Shown in pieces: positions 37,441-48,800 of a DNA stretch of 64,000 nt. The notes beneath the pieces were generated by a model. The model was not told where the DNA came from. It made no database searches and worked only from the letters and a program-made list of their open reading frames with translations. Numbering within the stretch: the stretch's first letter is position 1; each line of letters opens with the position of its first letter. A program made the translations under genes and the position numbers. The stretch is from Macrostomum hystrix (taxonomy: Eukaryota; Animalia; Platyhelminthes), in assembly GCA_950097015.1 (NCBI GenBank), contig CATNEN010000038.1, positions 18,476,001-18,540,000 of the forward strand. Direction: 5' to 3'.

Positions 37441-37804
37441 GACTGGCTAATGAAATTGTGCTTTTACTTCTCTTGACAATTGTGTAGCTCGCCAAATTCA
37501 GCTTTTTATAGTCTTGGCATTTGAAATGAAATGCTAATTCGCCATTCCGAGGATTTTAAGAATCGAATTAATTCAGAATTTTTTCTGTGTCAATAATACC
37601 GGCTTCCTTTATTAGCATATTCTCATTCTTAAATTATTCTGCCTATTCACTGCTTATATAATAGTTTCGCACCGTTTTTTATTGTGACAAGGAAGTATTT
37701 TACACTTCAAGTGGCCTTCAAGCCTTTTGTACCTATGGAATGCGGCAGTAGACCTATAGCAATTTGTTATTAATTAATTTGTCTGACATACCACATGGAC
37801 TTTA

Positions 37805-38255
37805 CCTGACATTCAATTCCTTCTCCTGACACCTAACCGCTTCTCCTGACACCTAACCGCTTCTCCTGACACCTAACCGCTTCTCCTGACACCCAACAGC
37901 TTCTCCTGTTACCTAACAGCTTCTCCTGACAGCCAACTGCTTCTCCTGACACCCAGCTGCTTCTCCTGACACCCAACAGCTTCTAATGACACCCAACAGC
38001 TTTCTCCTGACACCCAACTGATACCAAACCGCTTCTCCCGACACTCAACCGCTTCTCCTGACACCCAACCGCTCATCTTGACACCCAACTGCTTCTCCTG
38101 ACACCCAACTGCTTCTCCTGACACCCAACTGCTTCTCCTGACACCCAACTGCTTCTCCTGACACCACACTGCTTCTCCTGACACCAAACTGCTTCTCCTG
38201 ACACTCAACTGCTTCTCCTGACACCCAACTCCTCCTGACACTAGCCGCTCCTGAC
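37805..38255. repeat. 20-bp minisatellite cttctcctgacacccaactg
   Basis: Period 20. Confidence 0.92.
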
Positions 38256-38370
38256 GCTTAAGCAGTCTTATGTACACCTAATTCCTAAGCTAAGTGGCAC
38301 CCTTTGACGTCCAGTAGCACCCTTTGAGTTTTAATTTTACTCCTACTCTGTAATTTACTTGCGTTTTCAG

Positions 38371-39429
38371 CAGCAATATCAAAAACAGGCGTCAACCGAG
38401 CAAGCCGAGCTTCAGGCGGTATCGGTTCGGTTTGCTTGGAAGAGAAAGACGGCATCATTGAATCCAGTCACTCTAACTGCATCTGCTGAGGCATTTCAAC
38501 TTGATGACAACACTGCCAACGATATTGGTGACCCCAGCAAAGAGAGTTTTTCAGCATTTTCAAAACGATCGAAACAGAACTATGCGGACCAATCAGAACC
38601 TAAGCATCAACCGCGACAGCAGGCTCTAGTGGACTCTGGCACTCAACTAGCGGAATCTGGCGACTGGTCCGCTGCCCTGCTCAAATTTCGAGCGGCACTC
38701 ACTTTGGACTCGTGAGTTGACAACATCTAGCTAGAGAAGGCGGGGGAGAGTCACAAGATCTAGTGAGAGTGGCAAGATCTAGTGAGAGTGACAAGATCTA
38801 GTGAGAGTGACAAGATCTAGTGAGAGTGACAAGATCTAGTGAGAGTGACAAGATCTAGTGAGAGTGACAAGATCTAGTGAGTGTGACAAGATCTAATGAG
38901 GGAGAGTGACAAGATCTAATGGGGGGAGTGACAAGATCTAATGAGGGGGAGTGACAAGATCTAATGAGGGGGAGTGACAAGATCTAATGAGGGAGAGTGA
39001 CAAGATCTAATGAGGGAGAGTGACAAGATCTAATGAGGGAGGGTGACAAAATTCAACCGCACTAAAATTTGGTCAATCATTTCTAGCGCCGCAGTGGGCA
39101 CCTCATGTGGAAGGTCGCGAGCTCGACTCCTGGAGATGGCTGCCCAGGCTCACCTGGCCCTGGGCGAGTTCTGCGCCGGCGCCAGTCTGGCCAGCGAAGC
39201 GGTGACCGCGGCGCCAAACTGGGCGCCGGCGCGCCAGACACTCGGCCGCTGTCAGGTGAGCGCCGGGCTGCCCCGGCTGGCCCTGAGATCATTCGCCTAC
39301 GCCTGCTTCTTGGACCCTGCCGAGCCGGACATCTGGGAAAAGGACCTGCTGTGGACCAGGGATCTGTGCCGATTGGCGGAAGAGAATGAGAAGAAGGAGA
39401 CAGTTAGTGATGTCACTAGACAGGCATAA
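38371..39429 (+). CDS. TTC33: Tetratricopeptide repeat protein 33 homolog (~227 aa, 2 exons)
   Basis: Exons 38371-38711 and 39087-39429 (phase 2). N-terminal FAWKRK (cf. TTC33 FGWKRK), then GTQLAESGDWSAAL, ARLLEMAAQAHLALGE, PNWAPARQTLGRCQ, DLLWTRDL. No in-frame ATG in exon 1. Confidence 0.82.
38750..39050. repeat. 19/23-bp minisatellite gtgagagtgacaagatcta
   Basis: Fills the TTC33 intron. Confidence 0.92.
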
Positions 39430-39803
39430 AACTTTAGCATTTATTCGCCGCATGAAACTCTTTCATAATTTGTTCTAATTAATACTAATATTACAAGAAG
39501 GACTCAACTTGGTTTCTCAAGAATCCATTTTCGTTCTTTTAAAGTTGGGTGGTTTGAATTCCGTTATTTATTGCTACAATTGCAACAAAACTAGTTAAAA
39601 AAAGACCGTGTTTTGTATTATATTAAGCCATATATACAACATTATATATGTAGCTTGTAATTGAGTAGCTAAGTTTTTTCAGTAGAAACAGCACGCTATT
39701 TTTACATTTTGGGGTATTTCAAATACCCACTGCCAACTTCTAGAAATGTGATTTAGATTAGATCACCGCTTTCTTGCAGCCATAGCAACACGCGCCTCAC
39801 AAC

Positions 39804-40031
39804 ATGGGCTCACTATGCTGCTGCTTCGGCGACTCGTCCCCCGATGTTCAGGCTAATCAGCCCAGTCCGGAGACACGCCGCCGTCAGCTGGCCGAAGCCG
39901 CCGAGAGTCGGCGAAGTGCCAGTCGGCCAAGCGACGAGGCGGCCAGGAGGCAGCGTCGGCAAGATGAGGCTGACAGAATCAATACAGAGAGAGGCAGGGA
40001 CAATACCGGTCTGAGCTGGCGAGTGGACTAA
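39804..40031 (+). CDS. SVIP: Small VCP/p97-interacting protein (75 aa)
   Basis: MGSLCCCF myristoylation/palmitoylation N-terminus, VIM motif RRRQLAEAAESR, and C-terminal GLSWRVD (cf. SVIP GLRWTVS). Confidence 0.88.
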   Translation: MGSLCCCFGDSSPDVQANQPSPETRRRQLAEAAESRRSASRPSDEAARRQRRQDEADRINTERGRDNTGLSWRVD

Positions 40032-40439
40032 GGTTGAGACGGAATCGTCTCAGTGCGTGATCAAATTACTTACAGCTTTGTCAATTAACCCGTGATTTTT
40101 TTCATCTAATTATCGCTTTATTATTCCGACTTTTGTTTGATTATTGAACTCATTTCCTATGATCTGCAGATTTAGTCATTACCCCTCATTTCCTATGATC
40201 TGCAGATTAAGTCATTGTTAACGTAAAGATGTATAATAGTTGTAAATTATATTACAAGTCCGAGAACCTTTGTGAACAGTTTGTGCAACAATAAAACGTT
40301 TTAAAAAGAGACCATTGAAAACGTGTGCATTGTGCATAAATGATATAATTAGAGAATGTACAACTGCTTCATTAATCAACGAGATAGTACACAGACGTAT
40401 GCGCAGACTATTGTATTTTACATTACAAATATTAACAGC

Positions 40440-41895
40440 ATTAACAGCCTGTCTCACATCTGCAGTTGACACTGTCTAACAGCCTGTCTAACAGCTGCAG
40501 TTGACACTGTCTAACAGCCTGTCTAACAGCTGCAGTTGACACTGTCTAACAGCCTGTCTAACAGCTGCAGTTGACACTGTCTAACAGCCTGTCTAACAGC
40601 TGCAGTTGACACTGTCTAACAGCCTGTCTAACAGCTGCAGTTGACACTGTCTAACAGCCTGTCTAACAGCTGCAGTTGACACTGTCTAACAGCCTGTCTA
40701 ACAGCTGCAGTTGACACTGTCTAACAGCCTGTCTAACAGCTGCAGTTGACACTGTCTAACAGCCTGTCTAACAGCTGCAGTTGACACTGTCTAACAGCCT
40801 GTCTAACAGCTGTAGTTGACACTGTCTAACGGCCTGTCTAACAGCTGCAGTTGACACTGTCTAACAGCCTGTCTAACAGCTGCAGTTGACACTGTCTAAC
40901 AGCCTGTCTAACAGCTGTAGTTGACACTGTCTAACAGCCTGTCTAACAGCTGTAGTTGACACTGTCTAACGGCCTGTCTAACAGCTGTAGTTGAAACTGT
41001 CTAACAGCCTGTCTAACAGCTGCAGTTGACACTGTCTAACAGCCTGTCTAACAGCTGCAGTTGACACTGTCTAACAGCCTGTCTAACAGCTGCAGTTGAC
41101 ACTGTCTAACAGCCTGTCTAACAGCTGCAGTTGACACTGTCTAACAGCCTGTCTAACAGCTGTAGTTGACACTGTCTAACAGCTGTAGTTGACACTGTCT
41201 AACAGCCTGTCTAACAGCTGTAGTTGACACTGTCTAACAGCCTGTCTAACAGCTGTAGTTGACACTGTTTAACAGCCTGTCTAACAGCTGCAGTTGACAC
41301 TGTCTAACAGCCTGTCTAACAGCTGCAGTTGACACTGTCTAACAGCCTGTCTAACAGCTGTAGTTGACACTGTCTAACAGCCTGTCTAACAGCTGTAGTT
41401 GACACTGTCTAACAGCCTGTCTAACAGCTGTAGTTGACACTGTCTAACAGCCTGTCTAACAGCTGCAGTTGACACTGTCTAACAGCCTGTCTAACAGCTG
41501 TAGTTGACACTGTCTAACAGCCTGTCTAACAGCTGTAGTTGACACTGTCTAGCAGCCTGTCTAACAGCTGTAGTTGACACTGTCTAACAGCCTGTCTAAC
41601 AGCTGTAGTTGACACTGTCTAACAGCCTGTCTAACAGCTGCAGTTGACACTGTTTAACAGCCTGTCTAACAGCTGCAGTTGACACTGTCTAACAGCCTGT
41701 CTAACAGCTGCAGTTGACACTGTCTAACAGCCTGTCTAACAGCTGTAGTTGACACTGTCTAACAGCCTGTCTAACAGCTGCAGTTGACACTGTCTAACAG
41801 CCTGTCTAACAGCTGTAGTTGACACTGTCTAACAGCCTGTCTAACAGCTGCAGTTGACACTGTCTAACAGCCTGTCTAACAGCTGTAGTTGACAT
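40440..41895. repeat. 35-bp minisatellite ttgacactgtctaacagcctgtctaacagctgcag
   Basis: Period 35, between convergent genes. Confidence 0.96.
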
Positions 41896-42005
41896 TTCAG
41901 TGAATGTGGCCTCTCTCTATTTCACCGGTAAAATTCTAACAGAATTTCCGAGCCGCAGACGCTGCAGTACAAAATATTGATGACTTCCGCGTGTGTAGTG
42001 CGGAG

Positions 42006-44649
42006 CTAGTGTAAAATCACTCGAGCCTCAATCTCTTCTCGTGATGCATCACCGTCTGACTCCTGCTCCTCACCGAAGCCCTGATCGGGACTGCGGCAGC
42101 CAAGGCGGCCGGCATCGTGACTGCCTGCGAATGCGGCCAGCACTGGTGGCAGGCCGCGGGACACAAGCGACCCGCCGGGCCACAAGCGAGCGGCGGACTC
42201 TGCGGCCAGGCAGCGAAGACTATGGCGACAGCAGCTGCTTTGTCAGAGATTTGTGCACAATGTCCTATCAAATCGCAAGAATAGCTAGAGGGATAGGAAA
42301 ATTTCTCTACTCACTCAGTTTTCATCGATTCGTCGAAGAACAGCTTGCCTTCATAGCTGAAAAAACAAAAACAGTTCAAGCATTTGGGGGCTTTGAGAAA
42401 AATTTCGCTTATGTAAGCTAAATACAATGACAGCCATCTCCAATGACAGCCTTCCCCAATGACAGCCTTCCCCAATGACAGCCATCTCCAATGACAGCCA
42501 TCTCCAATGACAGCCATCCCCAATGACAGCCATCCCCAATGACAGCCATCTCCAATGACAGCCATCTCCAATGACAGCCATCCCCAATGACAGCCTTCCC
42601 CAATGACAGCCTTCCCCAATGACAGCCTTCCCCAATGACAGCCTTCCCCAATGACAGCCATCCCCAATGACAGCCATCTCCAATGACAGCCATCTCCAAT
42701 GACAAGCCATCTCCAATGACAGCCTTCCCCAATGACAGCCATCCCCAATGACAGCCTTCCCCAATGACAGCCTTCCCCAATGACAGCCATCCCCAATGAC
42801 AGCCATCTCCAATGACAGCCATCTCCAATGACAGCCATCCGCAATAACAGCCATCCACTGTCCTTCCGGTTTGCTCACCGCCGCAGCAGCCAAACCAGAG
42901 GCCGGTGGCGAGCCCGAACTGCCAGCTCCAGAGCCGTGGAGTTCGGGCGATTCAAACTAGCAATGTTCCAGTTGGCTCCGCCGGAGAGCAGCGACCTGAC
43001 CACGGCTGTGGAGCCACCGTGCCGGGCATTCAGCATGAGCGCCGTTTGGCCATCTTCGTCCGTGACGTTGATCGGAGCTCCTCGTTCCAGCAGGATGGCC
43101 AAAGTTTCCGGCGGGACGTTGGCAGATGCAGCGCGCTGCAGACAGCTGAGGCCCCAGACGTTGGCGCAGGCGACGTCGCCAATGTCTGCTAGGCGGCGCA
43201 GAGTATCCGGCGGGCAGGAGGCCGTCTTGAAGGCTCGCATTGTCGGCGTCCAACCGTCGCGATCCGGCAGGTCGCAGTTGACGAGGCTGGCTACTTTGAG
43301 AAGGCCCGGCCAGTCGGAGGCTTCGATCAGCTGTTCAAGCTGGTCTCTGGAGTCCATCTCCTTGGATGGATTAGGCAAGGATAGATTAGTTAGATTAACT
43401 GCAGTGGCTAAAGCTTCGAAATCATGCGTCACAATAGTTGAGTCTACTAATGAATTTGTTTCGATAAGTTTAATAATATTTGCTGGAAGCCTGCGGGCAA
43501 TGGCACATCATTTGGTGACACTAGACCCGCAGCCAGCGAGGAGGCAATTCTGCCCATTTCGCTGACTCCTGAGCACACGCACACAGATACTGAACGCAGG
43601 CACACGCTCACACAGGTGTGTACATCTGCCCAGACTTTCTCATCGTCAGGCAGTGTACACTCTCACTGTGCCTTGGAGGTTGGTCCTCAAGGGCGTAAAT
43701 TGCACGACAAGCCCCTAGCCTTCTCTCCGCGGCTGTGCCCAAAATGAATGTGGCCTCGCCGCGGAATCGAGCTCAGGGACCTTGGTACGAGAGGCGAAAG
43801 CGTTAGACTGCTCTGCGTCTCATCCCCGACATGATTTTGTTACCTAAACTTAAATAGAAAAGGACACTTACAGTGGATGTCAAGCCTCTAATGGATCCAG
43901 TGCCGTTGGTTGACACAATCAGGCGAAACTCTCTGCAAAAGGGAAGAATATATCTGCGTATATATAATCGGAAGATTGGGAGGGCGGGTCCAATGTGCTA
44001 GTCCACCTATACTGAGTCTCTAATCCACAACACTAAATGAGCACAACAAAAAATTATTCAGCAGTTGTCGTTGTAACAAAACTCGTAAAAAGAGTAAAAA
44101 TACAAATTAAAATATTCATTCTCACGTCGCAATGACCTTGCCAAGCAGCGTGTGCCCCATGTCTATGGCCAAATCCAGCGCAGTCCGGCCCAGTCGATCC
44201 TGCATCCCCAGCAGCTCCAGGCGTCGGTTACTGTTTGCGACGCCTCCTCTGGTCGGAATGTACCTGGCCTGCCGAAGCAGGTGCAACAGATGCTTGGCGC
44301 AGCGCCAGCTCCCGGCTTTGGAGGCCTCCATCAGTGGGCTGAAGCCGGATCCGTTGCGCTGCCACTTGGCTAGGAAGGGCATCAGGGCCAGCACTCGCAG
44401 ATGATCTCGCCTGGCAGCGTGGTGCGCAGCAGTGTCACCGGCCGAATCTACAGCGCGTGGCTCAGCGCCCAGAACTTGAAAGTACTCGATGCATTTGCCA
44501 GTTTGAGCAGGAGTCCAATTGGTGTCAGCTACCAGCATTAGAATTGTCCTATTGCACTTGTCTCGAGCCTTCATCAACTCTGGGGTTGCCAACTGGCGTA
44601 CAGCGTCATAGTCACCCTGAATGGCCAGCTGGGCCAGCTGTTGAAGCTC
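42006..44649 (-). CDS. Ankyrin-repeat protein with C-terminal SOCS-box-like motif (~446 aa, 5 exons)
   Basis: Exons (-): 44649-44126, 43932-43872, 43360-42879, 42356-42315, 42237-42006. Total 1341 nt, phases consistent. Ankyrin motifs GDTAAHHAA, GFSPLMEAS, GRTALDLA, DGQTALMLNA. The terminal HSLRCLAAESAARLW...GLPPVLAAF resembles a BC-box/Cul-box. Confidence 0.75.
42425..42860. repeat. 16-bp minisatellite caatgacagccatctc
   Basis: Period 16, intronic. Confidence 0.94.
43470..43825 (-). mobile_element. tRNA-derived SINE (family A), near full length
   Basis: Head (gcagagcagtctaacgc...gctcgattcc), body and tail all match family A. Intronic. Confidence 0.86.
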
Positions 44650-45805
44650 CTGGAAATCGGTTTTGAGGAAATAAAGCTAACTCTAATAAAGAGTTCAAAT
44701 CCATGTTTTATCAATTTCAGTTTGTTTAATTTCGCTCGTAGATATAAAATCATTTTCAATTTTTTTACAATAAACAAATCACCAAATAATAATAAAAACT
44801 CATGATTGAAGTGGGAATGATTTAAAACTAGCTTTCTGATCGCTTAAAAGAAATACACTCATATACATATATTCTCTTTTTTATAGCTATATTATAGCTG
44901 TATAATTGTATCTGCATAAATCGAGCTCAGATATTCACTAAAGGTATTCTTATTATTTATAACTATTAGTTGTTGCAATGTTAAAGCAGAGTTTCTGTCT
45001 GCTATAAAATAAAAATCCTGCAGCGAATATTTTGGAAAGATGCTTTATCATACCTGCTTTTATGCATGCTAATGCTAATGCTAATGCTTTATGTGGCATC
45101 TTGTCTGTTAATTAATATGATCATTTCGCAAGAATTAGTGAAATGTATGACAATAATCGCATTGTTATTGTTCCATTTTGTCGCGCAGGGCAGATACATG
45201 TTAATTAAACTTTCCATCAGATTTATTAAAATAAAAAACATAATGAACTTAAACATAAGATGTGCAAATCTTCTGGAATAGGAATGACTCGAATGCTAAA
45301 TAATTTAGATTGTCAGTTTGGTCACATTTGTACATTTCTTAGAATCAAATTGTTTTTAAATTTGAGCACTTCTCCCATGACCAACGGGAACACAACCAAC
45401 AAATATAAAACATACGAGAAGCAATTAAAAGTATAGAGCAATTTTCTTGGTTTTTATACTGCACAGAAAATGGTCCACGGCACGGAGAAGTCATTATAAT
45501 TTTAAGGCAAAAAATTTAGACTTCTATTGTAAGAGCTCCATTAAACTCCGGAAAATAAAGCCATATAACACTCAAACAATTTTACAACTTTTTTTAAAAG
45601 CAGGAGTTATATATTTAAAAACGAAAATAAGTTTTAAATAAAAATAATATTTATCTCTTTACAACAACAAAATACTTATGAAACTAGTTATGAAATGTTG
45701 TGTACACTGCAATGTTATGACTTTCATGATACCCTAAGTTTTTAAGCTTCGTGGGTTAATCGAACTGTAAAAAGCAGTTTTCGTTCGCAAAATAGCGGCT
45801 CCCAG

Positions 45806-48800
45806 ATGGAGCAGTTAGATATGGATATTCCTGGTATGCAAAACTGAGAATATAAAATTAGTATCTTACACTCTGTACAACACGAGGAATAACATTAAAT
45901 ACAATAAATATATATATATATATATGTGTGTGTATGTTATCTTTATTTTTTAGTATATCCGGTTAAAAAAATATTTCACTTATTAAGTTGGAATAAGATT
46001 AGGATCTTATTAATCCTGCAATATTAATATTGTAGGATTGTAGGATTGTAGGATTGTAGCGCAATGCTACAATATTGTCTAGCATTTTTCGGTATTGTCA
46101 TTCTCACTCTTTTTATTCGTCGTATCAGAATATTTCGTAAATTTCGCGAATCAGAGTTTTTGTATATAGTTAGATAGGATATGATATGCTTCGAAATTTA
46201 AATTAAACTAAAATAACCGATTTATATTTTTTTCGCCCAACAGATAGCGGGGCTGTTTTCGCCTTCGGAAAGAAAGTTCCCGACAAATTTTATATCAAGA
46301 ATGACAGCGTCATCTCGGCCGCCTGCGGCGAGGAGCACGCCCTGGTGGCTACCTCCTCCGGTCGGCTATTCTCCTTCGGCAAGAATGACAGCGGCCAGCT
46401 CGGCCTCGGCCACAGGGAGCCGGGCGTTGTCAAACCAACATGCGTTAAGCGACTTCGCCAGCTCAACCAGAAGGCTGTCCGGGTGGCCTGCGGCCCGACT
46501 CACTCGCTGGTGACTACCGAGAGCGGCGTCGTCTACGGTTTCGGCATCAACAACGATGGTCAGCTGACTGGCCAGGCGACGGATTACGCCGAGCCGGTGG
46601 AGATTAAACACCTGGCAGGAGTTGAAGTTAAAGATCTGGCAGCCGGAAGGTCATTCAGCGTCGTGCTCACTAAGCAAGGTCGGTCATAATCATACAAGTG
46701 AAATTATGTCAATCCGAATCAAAGTGCGACTTCACATTTTCCTTTGTCGAGGTTTTTTGTAATTTTTGGAGAAATTGGGGAACACCTTGTGATTAAACAT
46801 TACATAACATTAGATTTTATTATTACAATTATTATGTAGGCGAAATTTTCACCTGGGGCTCCAACGAGGAGGGCTGCCTCGGCTGCGGCGCTGATGAAGT
46901 CGAATCTCGCGACAAACTAGTACAGGTGCGCCTGCCGGACAAAGCAGTCAGCCTGTCAGCCGGTGCCTATCACTGCGCCTGCGTTCTGGCCAACGGGCAG
47001 GTTTTCACCTGGGGCGAAACTGAGGGCGGCAAGCTTGGCTGTCCAGATTCTGAGGTAAAATAGAATCAACGTATTACATATTGAACTGTTAGGTATCATT
47101 AAACACAATTAGAGATCCTAAAAATTTTTAGACAAAATTTATATTTGCCGGAGGGCTGTGCTCAGGGCTCCTGAGCACACACGCTTAGGGACCTTAGTGC
47201 GAGAGGCAAACACGTTAGGCAGAAACTGCTGAGACAATTCGCATTCACCCCTTTTCCACCTGACCTAGTCCAAGCCGACTCAACACCTGCCCCAGCTGGC
47301 GCCGCTGCCACCTGACAGCCAATCAGCATCCGGGGAGCCAGTCAGAGCTCGCTCAGTCGCATGCGGCCTGAAGCACACCCTGGTGCTGACCGAGGCCGGC
47401 CGCGTGTTCGCCTGCGGCTCCGGGGAGAGCGGCCAGCTCGGCCTCGGCACCGGCTGCGGCTACACGGCCGAGTTCCAGCCGGTGGTGGCATTGGATGGCC
47501 TGCCTGTGGCTTGTGAGATCATTTTTTATGAACCTTTGTTCTACTAGCTGATCTTTACAAGTCAAGATACAAGTAAACAACAAACAAACAACCAATCAGA
47601 AAAACAAACAAACAATCAGAAAAAAGAAACAACCAATCAGAAAAGACAAAAAACAAATCAGAAAGGACAAACAACCAATCAGAAAAACAAACAACCAATC
47701 AGAAAAACAAGCAACCAATCAGAAAAACAAACAACCAATCAGAATAACAAACAACCAATGCGAAAAACAAACAACCAATCAGAAAAACAAACAACCAATC
47801 AGAAAAACAAACAACCAATCAGAAAAACAAACAACCAATGCGAAAAACTATCAACCAATCAGAAAAACTCTGATTCTTGCCCCGCAGGCATCAGCGCAGG
47901 CGAGTGCCACTCGGCATGCGTCACAGCCGAGGCTGGCTACCTGTACACATTCGGAGACGCGCTGCACGGCAAGCTGGGCCCGACTAGTTCGCGTCTCGGC
48001 GGCCACTGCAATCAGCACCGGCCGTTCCGAGTGACAGCCCTGAAGCCGATTCGAGCCAGGCGGGTGGTCTGCGGAAACGTCCTCACTCTGGTGCTGGCGG
48101 CTAGGCGAGCTCCAGGAGATCCGGCGGCTGCTGAAAGTGACGAAGCCGACGATCCGTTGGACTCGATGTCGGCTCGGAGTCCGCGGCCGTTGCGCAAGAT
48201 CGAACAGGCGGCTCTAAAAGCTACTGGAGGCGCCGGTGCGGCTGCCAACGGCGACAACAGCGGCGGACTGTTGCGCCGGCGAAGCTCCCGATCGAGGCAG
48301 AAGTACAGGGAGATGACGAGAAGCTCGGGCAGTCTAGCACAGCCGCCGATATTGAACGGAGACACGTTTGAACTGATCAGGCCGGCGATGCGTGAGTGTT
48401 GAATTTGTCTATTTGCAAATAATGCTACTAACCAGCAGTAGCAAAGTCCAGAAAAAAATCGAAAAAAAAATTCTTACATAATCTAAAATAAAATTGTCTT
48501 CTTGTGATTTTCAGAAGGGGCTCCTAGTGTCGAGACAACACTAAAAAATTCGACGGTGTGTGGAAGTTTTTCAAATGAGCTGAAAAATCAAATCTATCTT
48601 ATTCATGAGTTCAAGACGAAAATAACTTTTTTTCAGAAGCCAATGGTCTCAAAAACTGACAGCAAGGAAAATCCAAAAAGCGAGGCAATCAGCATGGTAA
48701 GAGATTTCTGCCTTCAGTCTGAATAGCTAGTTTGATAAGCAGCTCACTGATGCCAGGTGACTCTCACTCCAGTCTAATTAGTTTAGCCTCATTGATTAAG

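Noticed and set aside
43361-43492. Extension of the ankyrin exon up to an acceptor at 43491
   Set aside because: That AG lies in the SINE tail. The acceptor at 43361-62, which has a ctaac branch point, fits the phase of the 61-nt exon.
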